From: Chiloscyllium plagiosum
Lineage: Eukaryota
Length of the DNA stretch: 64,000 nt
Assembly (NCBI RefSeq): GCF_004010195.1
Contig: NC_057725.1
Span: 57,854,218-57,918,217 of the forward strand
Reading direction: 5' to 3'
Shown here in pieces: positions 1 to 11,823 of the stretch. Both the position numbers and the translations under genes were made by a program. Every line of letters starts with the position of its first letter. Position 1 is the first letter of the stretch. The notes below the pieces were generated by a model. The model was given only the letters and a program-made list of their open reading frames with translations, did not search any database and was not told where the DNA came from.

Positions 1-385
1 GGCAGGGTTAGGCATGGGTGCGGAGATAGGCGTGGGGGCGGAGATCGGCGTGGAGGCATGGTCAGGCGTGGGGGCAGAGATCGGTGTGGGTCGGGGATCG
101 GTGTGAGGGCGGGGATTGGTGTGGGGGCGGGGTTCGGCGCAGGGGTGGAGATCGGCGCGGGGGCGGAGATGCATGCGCCGTGGTCATTGTGCAGGCGCGT
201 GACGTCACTGGGGGCGGACGTAGATGCGGCGATGGCAACTCTGGGGGCAGACGTGGCTGTGGCGAGTGCAGAAACGATGTTGTTCCCGGTGGTTGTGGAC
301 TCCGTGGAGGCCGTGAATCTGTCACCGATGGTCTTCCTGGCGATCGTGGAGGCAGTTGTCTGGGCGGCGATCGCTGAGGCTGCAG
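1..385 (-). repeat. GC/CpG-rich degenerate 18-bp tandem repeat (unit CCGATCTCCGCCCCCACG on minus strand) plus Thr/Ala-rich region, probably an inverted 5' portion of a Penelope-like element
   Basis: GGGGCGGAGATCGGCGTG-like units recur in 1-170. The minus strand reads as low-complexity PISAPT/TA peptide, CpG content is high, and the block directly abuts the PLE terminal repeat. Confidence 0.5.
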
Positions 386-712
386 ATTTCTCCAGCTTCC
401 TCATTTCCCCTCCCCCCATCTTTTCTCAGTCCCAACCCTCGGACTCAGCACCGCCTTCTTGACCTGCAATCTTCTTTCCGATCTCTCCGCCCCCAACCCC
501 TCTCCAGCCTATCACCCTCACCTTAACCTCCTTCCATTTATCGCATTCCCTACGCCCCTCCCCCAAGCCCCTCCTCCCTACCTTTTATCTTAGCCTGCTT
601 GGCACACCCTCCTCATTCCTGAAGGAGGGCTTATGCCCGAAATGTCGATTCTCCTGTTCCTTTGATGCTGCCTGACCTGCTGCGCTTTTCCAGCAACACA
701 TTTTTCAGCTCT
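386..712 (+). mobile_element. Penelope-like element 3' region / pseudo-LTR, family A
   Basis: A pyrimidine-rich tract is followed by CCTGAAGGAGGGCTTATGCCCGAAATGTCGATTCTCC...GCTGCCTGACCTGCTGCGCTTTTCCAGCAACACATTTT, the same unit seen at 2116, 4180, 8121, 26449 and 49394. Confidence 0.8.
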
Positions 713-1327
713 GTCACTTTAAGAGGCTGCCATAGAGATGGTTGCCAAGAGGAGCTGGTCAGAAGGCCTGTCTCGGTGATCTGAGACCCTGGTGCAGTTT
801 TAGAAAAAGCTGTCAGGCCCTCATTCCCCAGCTACACCACCTATTCCCTGTTTCTCCCCCATACCCACCCTCATATCCCCATGCCATCTGCATTTAATCT
901 TGTACCACTTATACCATCTCTGTTGTCACTTAATTTGACCATGCCTTCTCAATTGTCACTCATCTAGTATCCACTGCAGGCAGACCACAGGAGACACATG
1001 GAGATGAAAAGAAACTAACCATCTAATAGAGATACAAAATTGATACAGAACAAAAATAAATCGCATTCATGAAACCCATTTTAGGTATTAAGAACCCTCA
1101 AGTTCTAAAACAAGCAAACCTCCAACTGATAACCAAATCAGTAACAGCTAATCCTTCAAAAACCTTTTAAGATTTTCAATTAGAAGGTGAACTCAGCTTC
1201 CCCTGTCCCCCACCTTCACCCACGTTGTGAGATGTGCTTTGGAGATTTACTCAGTCAAATGGTCAAAAAGCACTTAGCTCTAATAACAGCCATTGGTGCT
1301 GAAACTGTAGGAGCTGATGGTATTTTT

Positions 1328-1413
1328 AGAGTCATAGAGATGTACAGCACTGAAACAGGCCCTTTGCTCGAACTCGTCCATGCCGACCAGATATTCCAAA
1401 CTAATCTAGTCCA
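1328..1413 (-). mobile_element. CR1/HER1 LINE extreme 3' tail fragment
   Basis: AGAGTCATAGAGATGTACAGCAC..AAACAGGCCC, matching the tail at 19412 and 63200. Confidence 0.75.
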
Positions 1414-2115
1414 AATACAGCTCAAGATTGTTGGAACTCGTCACAGTCATGAAAATGTTAATAAGATTCTCACCTGATAAAATCCAGTTATTAACTAACA
1501 CTTCAAGGCACTGCTCATTGGAGGGAGAGAATTCTTTTTCAATAATGTGTTAAGCTAAGTATGACATAAATGTAACACAAACCTTTCTTGATTGTGCTAT
1601 AAACAGAAGCGGCAGGAGGTATTTGGCATTTCTTAAAAATTCAACTAACCTCATGGCATAAATTTGGTCACACAGATTTCAAAGGTCGAGGAACAAGTCA
1701 TCTGAATGATTTAGAACTTCTGATGTATGCATTACTCAGAATTAATTTTCTTAGACTAATTCAATTACATATTACAAAAGAGACTTGATTTGGCAGGAAA
1801 ATGCCTGGTTTTAGCACACTTGCAAGAAATGGGCACATAGCCTTCTCCTTACATTCAAAATATAGAAGTATCAAATGTAAATAGATGATAAAATGAATGA
1901 TAAATGTTATAAGTGGATCATTCTTTCATGCAGCCTATGCCTAACAACAGGTCCTTGGCTCATTGTCTGCTAATTTTGTCAGTGGTAGTTGGTCACTGCC
2001 TTTTTGATTCAGAGGCAGGGCAAGGAGGCAAGCATTCATCTACCTCAGCCAGAATAGGGATCCAACCCATACCATTGGCACTATTCTAGACAACATGCCA
2101 GCCATGAAGCCAACT

Positions 2116-2275
2116 GAGTCAAGAGTGTGTTGCTGGAAAAGCACAGCATGTCAGACAGTGTCCGAGGAGCAGGAGAATCGATGTTTCGGGCAAAAGCCCT
2201 TCATCAGGAAAGAGGCTTGTGATTCGAGGGGGTGGAGAGATAAATGGGAGGGGGTGGGGCTGGTCGGAGGTGGTG
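2116..2275 (-). mobile_element. Penelope-like pseudo-LTR, family A
   Basis: GTGTTGCTGGAAAAGCACAGC...GGAGAATCGATGTTTCGGGCAAAAGCCCTTCATCAGGAA followed by a purine-rich tract. Confidence 0.8.
2180..2207 (-). ncRNA. Minimal hammerhead ribozyme motif (family A)
   Basis: Minus strand reads CUGAUGA-A-GGGC-UUUU-GCCC-GAAA-CA-UC. The core is intact; the helix III palindrome ACGU has decayed to ACAU. Confidence 0.65.
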
Positions 2276-2899
2276 GTGGAGTAAGCCAATTGAGCTTATT
2301 AGCCCCAGTATGAGGTAGGAAAAGAAAGATATTGACTTCAGACACCCCCCCCCCCCTCACCTCCCAAGCTCTGAATTATTTATGTGGCTGTGGTGTTTAC
2401 ATTAGTCAACAGTGTCAGGTTTGCACCAGTATGAGTCCAGCTGCATAGGTCTGAACGTGACACTGAAAAACATCTCATCAAACCAATACTTCAATAAATC
2501 TGGCATTCTCAAGCCATTAAAACTCTCAGAACACGCAGTTGAGAATCGCAGTCGGGCACGCCCCAAGTAAAATTGTGGGAATTTTGGACACGTTTCACAG
2601 CTAGCCTCAGAAGAGGCAACATATTATTGAAAGCTGTAGTATTGAAGATTTTTAGGACATTAAGGGAAATACTGTACTCAAGTGCCAATTTTATTGTCCA
2701 TATTAAAGTCTGTCATCAGAACATTACATAATGTAGTTTCAGAATACCTTTTAAAGAAATTCTGGCATATGAATTCTGACTGCATTGCAATGAGGCAATT
2801 GAAGCAGTGCCACTTTGCAAATCCGGGAGAGAAAAAAATATTTCACACATCTAAGACAGCTCTACAGATTTGGTGCATGTTTCCAGTATCCTAGGATTT

Positions 2900-3375
2900 C
2901 TCAAATTGGGCACAGAGCACAAGAGCAAGCAAGTTATGTTACACGTTTGTTTAAAAACTGATCCAGCCTCAATTGGAATACTGCATCAAATTCAAGGCGT
3001 CAATTCAAGAAAGACGTGAAAGCATTAGAGAGAATGCAATAAAGTTTTACCAGAAGGGTTTCAGGGATAAAGAAATTCAGTTACACTGAAAAATTGGAGA
3101 AGTTATGAGTGCTTTTCTTGGAGAATGTTGGAATGAATTTGACAGAGGTATTCAAAATAACATGGAAGCTGGACGGAGTAGATGGGGGAGAAAATCTGAA
3201 ATATATTGCCTGCGTGCACAGTGGAAGCAAGTTGAGACATTCAAAACTAAATTATTAGCTAAAAAGCAAGTATATGCAGATTTATAGGAGAAGGTGAGGG
3301 AATGGTACGAGGTGAACTGCTCATTTGGAGAGCCAGTGCAACCAACATAGAAATGGCCTCCTTCAATGCTACAAC
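2900..3375 (+). mobile_element. Old CR1 LINE 3' fragment
   Basis: Degenerate match to the CR1 ORF2 C-terminus (LEYCIKF...KDVKALER) and 3' UTR. Confidence 0.6.
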
Positions 3376-4179
3376 AATTCTCTTCCTCTGTTACTTAAGA
3401 TTCTGGAATTTCACATAAGTGCTGTTCATCTAATGTGAGACGCTCTTGCTTTACAATCTACACCAATTGATCAATACTAAGTGTTTAAAAACTTCAGATC
3501 ATGATATTTAAGCTAATCTTATTCTGACCTTCAAGATTATTTATGTCTTCTCTACCAATTTTTGACTTGTGGTTCAAGGCCCTTGAAATTGCCAAAATTG
3601 AGTCTGTTTGAACTCACAACCTATTTCAAATGCTAACTTCTAGATCACACCTGTTGTGATTCATGCCTTGGCAGCCAAAATTTCATTTGCTAAAATGTGA
3701 AGGCAGGACTTCTGCACCTGCGATCTACCCCACTTCTTTCTTAATCTAAGGCCTCCGGAGTCAGATGGGCTCTACAAAAGCCCAGCCCATTGTTCCTGGA
3801 CTGAGGAGGAAAGAAACATCAGGCAGGATTCATTACCACCAGCTAGTAGACCATCCTGCAAAGTACATGGGTAAACATCACGTTCTAGGATGCGTGTCCT
3901 CTACAATTGATTACTATGCTAATATGCACTTCAACCAATATACTTGGCCTGAAGTGGGACTACCACAACTTCTCTATTGTTAAATCCACTTTCTAGAAAC
4001 TTGGTTTCCCTTCTTAAGCCAATCACTTCCTTCTTTCACCCAGTAAGAAGCAATCTTTCAAAGTTCCCCTTCTGCTCCTGATCTTTCTCATTACATTGCA
4101 ATTTCTCCACTTTAGTGAACAGTGCAATTCACTCATAAGATCTGCCTGAGCTGGAGACCTGAACATTACAACTGCCTAG

Positions 4180-4304
4180 GAGAAAGTGAGGACTGCAGAT
4201 GCTGGAGATCAGTCGAGAGGGTGGTGCTGGAAAAGCACAGCAGGTCAGGCAGCATCCAAGGAGCAGGAGAATCGACATCTCGGGCATAAGCCCTTCATCA
4301 GGAA
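4180..4304 (-). mobile_element. Solo Penelope-like pseudo-LTR, family A, with TSD
   Basis: GAGAAAGTGAGGACTGCAGATGCTGG...AAGCCCTTCATCAGGAA, flanked by CAACTGCCTAG (4169-4179) and CAACTGACTAG (4305-4315). Confidence 0.85.
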
Positions 4305-4364
4305 CAACTGACTAGTCCATTACATCATCTAGCCAACAACTCCTTGACCCTTCTCAGTCATTAA

Positions 4365-4640
4365 TTGTGATGGACAATTAAACAACTCACTGGAAGACGA
4401 CGCCACAAAACATTACGTTCCTCAATGATGCAGGAGTCCAGAGCATCAACGCAAATGTAAGGCTGAAGCACTTGCATTAATCTTCAGCCAGAAATGCAGA
4501 GTAAATGATTCAATTCAATCTCCTCCATAAGACCCATCATGAATGCCCATCTTCAGCCAATTCAATTCACTCCCTGTAATACAAATAATTGTCTAGAGGG
4601 ACTGGATACTGTGACGGGTCTGACAACACTCCGGCAATAC
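4365..4640 (+). mobile_element. Old CR1-group LINE ORF2 fragment, interrupted by an HE1 SINE
   Basis: TGGACAATTAAACAACTCACTGGA...CTTCAGCCAGAAATGC...CTTCAGCCAATTCAATTCACTCC resembles shark CR1-group ORF2 (from recall, not aligned). Confidence 0.55.
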
Positions 4641-4643
4641 TGT

Positions 4644-4957
4644 GGGCGGCACGGTGGCTCAGTGGTTAGCACTGCTGCCTCACAGTGTCAGAGACCTGGG
4701 TTCAATTCCTTCCTCAGGCAACTGTCTGTGTGGAGTTTGCACATTCTCCCCGTGTCTGCCCGGGTTTCGTCCGGGTGCTCTAGTTTCCTCCCACAGTCCA
4801 AAAATGTGCAGGTTAGGTGAATTGGCCATGCTAAGTTGCCTGTAGTGTTAGGTGAAAGGGTAAATGGGTCTGGGTGGGATGCGCTTCGGTGGGTCGGTGT
4901 GGACTTGTTGGGCCGAAGGGCCTGTTTCCCCACTGTAAGCAATCTAATCTAATCTAA
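4644..4957 (+). mobile_element. HE1-type tRNA-derived V-SINE
   Basis: tRNA head with A box TGGCTCAGTGG and B box GGTTCAATTCC, V-domain TGTGGAGTTTGCACATTCTCCCCGTGTCTGC, CR1-like tail GGCCGAAGGGCCTGTTTCC and (AATCT)n. Confidence 0.9.
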
Positions 4958-5074
4958 TACTATTGAAGAAAAGCTCCACAACGGGTAGAATCTTATAGAG
5001 TCCCGAAAAATGTAGACTACAATGTGAAGTCTGGGAGAATCACAGGAGAAGTGGGCACCAGAGTTCAGCAAAAA

Positions 5075-5510
5075 TTGAGTTCCTCAGAAAGGGTATGGAG
5101 GAGTTTTATCTGGATGTTACAGCTGATGATGGATTCCAAGCTGTGCCAAGAGGTTGAAAGTCTAGGTCTGATCTTTTTGCAACAGAGAGGATCGAGATGT
5201 AACCTAATAGAGATTTCACATTGAAAGATATTGATAGAGTAAATGGAGATAAACCACCCCCACTCTCCAATGGTTAAAGATTAGAGAGTTAAAACAGTGG
5301 TAAACTATCGAGCGGAGGGGTGGGGGAAATTATTTTAACTCAGACACTTGCTGAGATCTGGTTTGAAAAGTGGTGGAAGCTTGTTCCATAAGAACTTTCA
5401 AAAGTAAATTGTGTGCAGGTATTTAAGAAACAAAGTACGGATGAGTCAAGGCTAGACATGATGTTTCTTTCTTAGAGGTAGTTCAGACTTGTTGGGTTGA
5501 ATGGCCTCAT
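5075..5510 (+). mobile_element. Old CR1 LINE 3' fragment
   Basis: Degenerate ERV.RSF..ML and ..RCNLIE.. region plus TGGGTTGAATGGCCTC tail. Confidence 0.55.
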
Positions 5511-5514
5511 CATT

Positions 5515-6420
5515 AGGGTGTAGGTTTGCTCGCTGAGCTGTAGGTTTGATATCCAGACGTTTCATTACCTGGCTAGGTAACATCATCAGTGGCGGCCTCC
5601 AAGTGAAGCGAAACTGTTGTCTCCTGCTTTCTATTTATATCTTTCTCCTGGATGGGGTTCCTGGGGTTTGTGGTGATGTCAATTCCTGTTTGTTTTCTGA
5701 GGGGTTGATAAATGGTATCTAGATCTATGTGTTTGTTTATGGAGTTGTAGTTGGAGTGCCAGGCCTCTAGGAATTCTCTGGCATGTCTTTGCTTAGCCTG
5801 TCCCAGGATAGATGTGTTGCCCCAGTCGAATGGGTGTTTTTTTTTAGCCGTGTGTAGGGCTATGAGGGAGAGAGGGTCATGGCTTTTTGTGGCTAGCTGT
5901 GTTCGTGTATCCTGGTGGCTAACTTTCTTCCTGTTTGTCCTACGTAGTGTTTGTGGCAGTTCTTATATGGAATTTTGTAGATGACGTTGGTTTTGTCCAT
6001 GGGTTGTACTTTTAAGTTTGTTAGTTTTTGTTTGAGAGTGTTGGTGGGTTTGTGTGCTACTAGGATTCCGAGGGGTCTTAGTAGTCTGGCTGTCATTTCT
6101 GAAACTTCTTTGATGTATGGTAAGGTGGTTAGGGTTTCTGGCTGTGTTTGGTCTGCTTGTCATGGTTTGTTCTTGAGGAATCTGCGCACTGTATTTTTTG
6201 AGTATCCGTTCTTCTTGAATACGTTGTATAGGTGGTTCTCCTCTGTTTTCTGAAGTTCATCTGTGCTGCAGTGTGTGGTGGCTCGTTGGAATAGTGTTCT
6301 GATGCAGCTTCGTTTGTGTGTGTTGGGATGGTTGCTGGTGTAGTTAAGTATTTGGTCAGTGTTTGTCGGTTTTGTTTGTCGGTTTTCTGTATACATAGGT
6401 TTGTAGTTCTCCGTTGTCCT
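5515..6420 (-). mobile_element. Penelope-like retroelement 3' part: RT C-terminus, GIY-YIG endonuclease and pseudo-LTR (family D), frameshifted
   Basis: Minus-strand peptides KPTNTDQILNYTSNHPNTHKRSCIRTLFQRATTHCS (PLE thumb region) and NVIYKIPYKNCHKHYVGQTGRKLATRIHEH (GIY-YIG). Confidence 0.92.
5553..5592 (-). ncRNA. Minimal hammerhead ribozyme motif (family D)
   Basis: Minus strand reads CCA-CUGAUGA-U-GUUACCU-AGCC-AGGUAAU-GAAA-CG-UC-UGG. All core nucleotides are present, with a 7-bp helix II, ACGU palindrome and 3-bp helix I. Confidence 0.8.
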
Positions 6421-7519
6421 TTCTTTCATCATGTGCTTTAAGTTTCTATTTTTTCATGGTTCTATAGTATTGCATCTCCAGGAGTGTTTTATACAGATTA
6501 GATGCTTCCTGAAGCTTCTTTAAGAAAACAGCATATGACACACATAAACCCTTGCAGAGGGAACGGTCATATATCCACGCAGATGAGCCAACTCACAATG
6601 TGAGCAGCCAAGCAACATTCCAGCAAGGAAATCAAAATTGAATTGAATAAAGAAAAGGTGAATAATTCAACAGGAGCAGTTTTTACCCCTGGGTTTAATT
6701 TGCCTCTACCACACACATATATCAACATATCTCAGTCGTTTATGGTGCTTGCATTTCGTTTTTCATTCTGAAATTGCCCACTAGCCATTCAAATCAAATT
6801 CACCTGCACATTATTAAATTGTGCAAAATATGTATTTTGTTCTGGGAGAGAAGTGATGTGTGAAAACATTTCGTTTTTTTTTTAGTAATTTAGTTCAGGT
6901 TCACACTTCCGTGTAGGAACCCTTGAGGCAGCAGTTACATTCACTCAAAGAGGTTTGTAAAGAGTTCAGGTTAAGGGTTTGCAAATTTACATTTCTCTCA
7001 AATCCTAGACAGCCATTTATCTTTTCAGTATGCAGGACCATAAAGCTTCACAATAGCAATTAAGTGAAGCATTGACGCATTAATAAACTGATGGTCCCAC
7101 TCCTGGAATGGACTGAAATTTGTACAAAATCCTTTAGAAATGCCAGTTGCTTTTTGTCTGCAGTGGTGGTTTTGAAATTATTTACATTTTCAAAGCCCCT
7201 TCAGATGGATGTCCTTTACACCAACAATAAATACTGTACAGCCGAGCACTGCAATCCATTTGATAGAATTTTAAAAATTAAATAGAACCTCAGGTGAAAG
7301 AAGTTCTTTTTAAAAAAATGGTTAAATCTGAAGAACAAAAGCCGGTAGGTGGGGATGACATTATGGCTGAAAATAGCAGGCAAGAAGATTAAATAAATCC
7401 AATGATGCTAATTAGCTGATACCAAGCTTGGACCTTTGTTTTAAAAAGGGTACATGTAGAAACAAGGTAAGACTGATGGAAATGCCATGAATTTCAGATC
7501 CTGGGGAGAACTGAGACAT

Positions 7520-7627
7520 TCCTGAAACGTCAATTCTTCTGCTCCTCGGATGCTGCCTGGCCTGCTGTGCTTTTCCAGCACCACCCTCTCGACTCTGATC
7601 TCCAGCATCTGCAGTGCTCACTTTCCC
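7520..7627 (+). mobile_element. Penelope-like pseudo-LTR fragment, family A
   Basis: GAAACGTCAATTCTTCTGCTCCTCGGATGCTGCCTGGCCTGCTGTGCTTTTCCAGCACC...CTCCAGCATCTGCAGTGCTCACTTTC. Confidence 0.8.
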
Positions 7628-8120
7628 CAAGACTGAGATAGAGTCAATCCTAAGCTTGATACTGTCAGGAAGTGTGAAGAAAGATTTCGAAAGCAAACAT
7701 CAATCCAGGAGACAATCATATTGCAAGGCATCCTCTGATATAACTTGACACTAGAATCTTCCATTGAGTATTCCAGTAAGTGATTCACACTGGTGTTCTG
7801 GACTGGGCAGTTACCAGCAAACAGCAACCAAATGTATTTAAAATGAGGTGCCAACTCTTCTTGTTGGCAAAATTGCTTCCCAGGCTGCCCTGTGGATTAG
7901 GTGAGTGAGGAAGCTTGGTGGATGGCCCATTCCTGTTGAAGCTTTACTCCTCGACAGCATGAGCTGAGGATCCATACCTTGAGGTATGTCATCCGCTCAG
8001 TAACAGTCTCTGAATTAATGGTCCATTTGTAGACGTTTTGAAAGCTTCCGTAAAATTTATTTTCCATCTTTTAACTAATTTATCATTAAACACACTTATC
8101 CTTGACTCCTTTCTCCCAAA

Positions 8121-8341
8121 GGAGAAGGTGTGACTGCAGATTCTGGAGATCAGAGTCTAACAGGGTGGTGCTACAACAGGTCAGGCAGCATCTGAGGAGC
8201 AGGAGATTCGACCTTTCAAGCATAAGCCCTTCATCAGGAATTAGCTTATTCCTGATGAATGGCTTTTGCCCGAAACACCGACTGTCCTGCTCCGCAGATG
8301 CTGCCTGACCTGTTGTGCTTTTCCAACACCACATTCTCGAT
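8121..8341. mobile_element. Inverted-repeat dimer of family A pseudo-LTR with 14-bp TSD
   Basis: Two opposed arms meet near 8245; TCCTTTCTCCCAAA at 8107-8120 and 8342-8355. Confidence 0.85.
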
Positions 8342-8544
8342 TCCTTTCTCCCAAACCCTATCACCCTGGGTTCCCTCGCAACCCTCTCCTTCCCCCAACT
8401 TTGCACACACCACCACAGTGTTAATCACAGCTTTACCCACAATCATATCATCCCTGGCTCTCCACTCGAGATCGGCTCCTCCCCTCCCACCCTGGCAAGC
8501 CAAACATTATACAATGTTCAGCATGATTTGCATCTCCTCAGATA

Positions 8545-9372
8545 CTGAAGCACTCCATTTTCAAATGCAACAAGATCTGGATAATATCCAGGCTTGAGCT
8601 GACAAGAGGCAAATAACCTTCACACCAAGCAAATGCCAGGCAATGAACATCTTTGGTAAGAGATAATCCAACCACTGCCCTTTAACATTCAATGGTGTTA
8701 TCATCACTGAATCATCCACTATCAACATCCTGGAGTTACCATTGACCAGAAACTCAACTGAATTTGCCAAATAATGTAGTGGCTGCAAGAGCAGGTTAGA
8801 GGCTAGACATACTGAGGAGAGTAACTCACCTCCTGAATCCCTAAAGCCCAATCATCATCTGCAAGTCAGGAGTGTGATGGAATATTCCCCACTTGCCTGG
8901 ATGAGTGCTGTTCCAACAGGAAGCTTAACACCATCCAGGACAAAGCAGCCCACTTGATTGACAACACATCCACAAGCATCCATTCTCTCCACCAGCTGCG
9001 CTCAATAGTAGCAGTGTGTGCTATCTACAAAATGCACTGCAGAGATTCACCAAAGATCCTCGAACAGCACCTTCCAAACCCATGATCACTGCCATCTGGA
9101 AGGACAAGGGCAACAGAAACATGGGGACACCAGCATCTACAAATTCCTCTCCAAGCCACTCACCATCCTGTCTTGGAACTGTATCACTGTTCCTTCACTG
9201 TTGTTGGGTTAAAAATCTGAAATTGCCTCCCTAAAGGAATTGTGGGTCAACTTACAGCACATAGACTTCAGCAGTTCCAGAAGGCAGCTCAACACCACCT
9301 TCTCAAGGACAGTTAGGGATGGGCAATAAATGCTGGCCAGCCAGCAGTACTAATGTCCAGGAGTTAAAAATA
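8545..9372 (+). mobile_element. CR1-group LINE 3' portion (older family)
   Basis: MQQDLDNIQA.ADKRQITFTPSKCQAM (RT C-terminus) and 3' end GGGATGGGCAATAAATGCTGGCC. Confidence 0.75.
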
Positions 9373-10760
9373 AATCTGATTAATTTGCAGCAAATATCAT
9401 GACTGAAAGCATTATTGATCTAATTTAGAAGTGCTTAGGATATATGCGTATAACACACTTATAACAGAGAGAAAGATTTGGCAAACATGTTTTCTCAAAG
9501 GCAATATGGATAAATTTAATTCCTCACTGAAACAGGTGATGCTCGGGTCAGGTGGAAGTAAAAATGTTAAATATTTAAGATGAAAGTAAACCAATCTCAA
9601 ACCAATCACTGCCAATTTTGATGGAGAAAAGACAAGGGTCGAGTCACTATTCCACTCACAGGGATAGGTTGGTTTATCAAGTTATTTTAAAGTGATTGCA
9701 TGCCTTCATTTTAGTAAAGTTTCCATGTTCGACAAGCAATGGCCAGTTTTTCTGGACCCCTGGAAAAGTGACGTATATAAGGTGGAGAGAAATGTTGGAT
9801 CAATGATGTGACTGCTTTCATAGCACTGCTTAAGGCCCAAAGGCAGCAGAGGAATTTTCTTCAGCCAAGCAGCCTATCCTCACCATTTCAATCTGCCGCC
9901 TCCACCCCTGGATCACACCCTTATCTCCCACATCACTAACTTTCCCTCCAAAAATCACCATCTCCTAAACCAAAGCTTCCCGAACTAATCTGCCTCATGA
10001 CCTGTCATTTTTTTTGACACCATCCATTTGCCCCTGGTTATTAACCCACTGCAAACTTTCCCTCTGCCATCTCTGTCCTGTGACTGCGTTCTTTTGTGAA
10101 GTCTTCCCTATCCAACAGGCAGCCAAGCTTACAATGGAAGTTTCTGGGGAGCTGGAAAGAAAAGCATTGGGCACACGTCGAGGTTTAAACTTGACAACCT
10201 TCGGGGAAACACACACTTCTGGGTTCCTCAAGCCTGATCCACACTGGATCCCGGCATCCGGCACTCTCTGAAACTCTGCCTTAAAGGGGCCAAAGTTACA
10301 TGTTTAAAAACAAAGGGGGCAAAACAAAAGGAAGGGGTGTTGGCAGCATACAGGTTACATAGCTATGGAGTCACTGAATGGATGATAATGGCAGTGTGGG
10401 CAGAGGTGAGCTGCAAGTGGATACCTGCAGTGACAGTAACAGATAGGCAGGGCAAGCAGGAAAGGGAAGATTAACAAATACACTGCATCGAGCAAGGTGG
10501 AGACAATAGCACTGTATAAATATTTAACATCTAGTCTATAAAAAGCTCTTAAATATGATCAATGCCCAATCCCTGACGAGTGATTATTTGTATTTGCAAA
10601 GCTATTTAGTTTCTTACAATGGAAAAAATAGGCAAAGTAAGATAGTGTTCACCTCATCACAGCACCACATAACCGAAACTACCTTCAGCCTGCGTTGGAA
10701 GTCCCATTACCAAGGTCCTAACAATGCCAGAAAGGTAGGGCAAAGAAAGTTGCACTGACT

Positions 10761-11392
10761 TAGAATCATAGAGATGTACAGCAAAGGAAAATAGACCCTT
10801 CAGTCCAATTTGTCCATGCTGACCAGATGTCCTAAATTAATCTAGTCCTATTTGCCAGCATTTGGCCAATATCCCTCCAAACCCTTCCTATTCATGTACC
10901 CATCAGATGCCTTTTAAATGTTGTAATTGTACCTTGCTCCACCACATCCTCTGGCAGCTCATTCCATACACATACCATCCTCTGCGTGAAAAGGTTGCCC
11001 TTTTATGTCCCATTTAAATTGAGCATATCTAAGACTGAGATAGAGAGGTTCTTGAGTATCAAGGGGATCAAGGCTTTCAGGGAGAAAGCGGGAGAATAGG
11101 ATTGAGAAACTTATCAGCCATGATTGAATGGCAGAGCAGAATCAATGGGCTGAATGGCCTAATTTCTGCTCCTATGTCTTATGGTCTAAATGTTTCTCCT
11201 CTCACCTTAAACCTATGCCCTCTAGTTCTGGACTCCCCTTCCCTGAGGAAAAGACATTGACAATTCACCCTATCCATGCTCCTCATGATTTTATAAACAT
11301 CGATAAGGTCACCTCGCAGCCTCCGACATTCTGGGGTAAGCAACCCCAGTGTATTCAGCCTCTCTCTATAGCTCAAACCCTCCAACCCCGGC
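10761..11392 (-). mobile_element. HER1/CR1 LINE 3' fragment containing a nested opposite-strand CR1 tail (about 11020-11186)
   Basis: Minus peptide LPGLEGLSYRERLNTLGL..RRLRGDLIDVYKIMR; the nested piece ends GGGCTGAATGGCCTAATTTCTGCTCCTATGTCTTATGGTC. Confidence 0.8.
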
Positions 11393-11402
11393 AATCCCAT
11401 AA

Positions 11403-11541
11403 TAGCAAAATACCACAGATGCTGAAAATCTGAAACAAACACAGAGAATGTTGGAGAAACTTAGCAGGAAACTTAGCAACTTAGCATTTGTGGAGACAGA
11501 AACTGAGTTAACCTTTTGTGTCTGCATGTCTTCTTCAGAAC
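11403..11541 (-). mobile_element. Degenerate Penelope-like pseudo-LTR, family C
   Basis: CAGATGCTGAAAATCTGAAACAAACACAGAGAATGTTGG...GAGTTAACCTTTT...TTCTTCAGAAC. Confidence 0.6.
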
Positions 11542-11823
11542 ACTGATTACATACTTGGTTTTATATTAAAACCAATCAAAGCTGAAAATGATTCACATTC
11601 TGTGATGATTTTGATAGGCAGGAACAATAATTTTTCTTTCTGGTCTAATTGTTCATTGCCAGTATTTTGTGTGGCATTTACCGCATTTGCATAGCTACCT
11701 TTCAACCTTTCTCCATTGAATTTGGCTACATAACAGGAAGGAAAATACAACAGCCGTGTTCCAGTAATCATCATGATAAGGATCTGGAAGCTTTTGGATG
11801 GAGCCATTGTTATTTAATAGCAA

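Noticed and set aside
58-462. 134-aa plus-strand ORF as a host gene
   Set aside because: It is a low-complexity read-through of a GC-rich repeat into a PLE terminus, with no domain signal.
4644-4715. tRNA gene calls at SINE heads (also 13060, 57704)
   Set aside because: The A/B boxes continue into SINE bodies and there is no complete cloverleaf.
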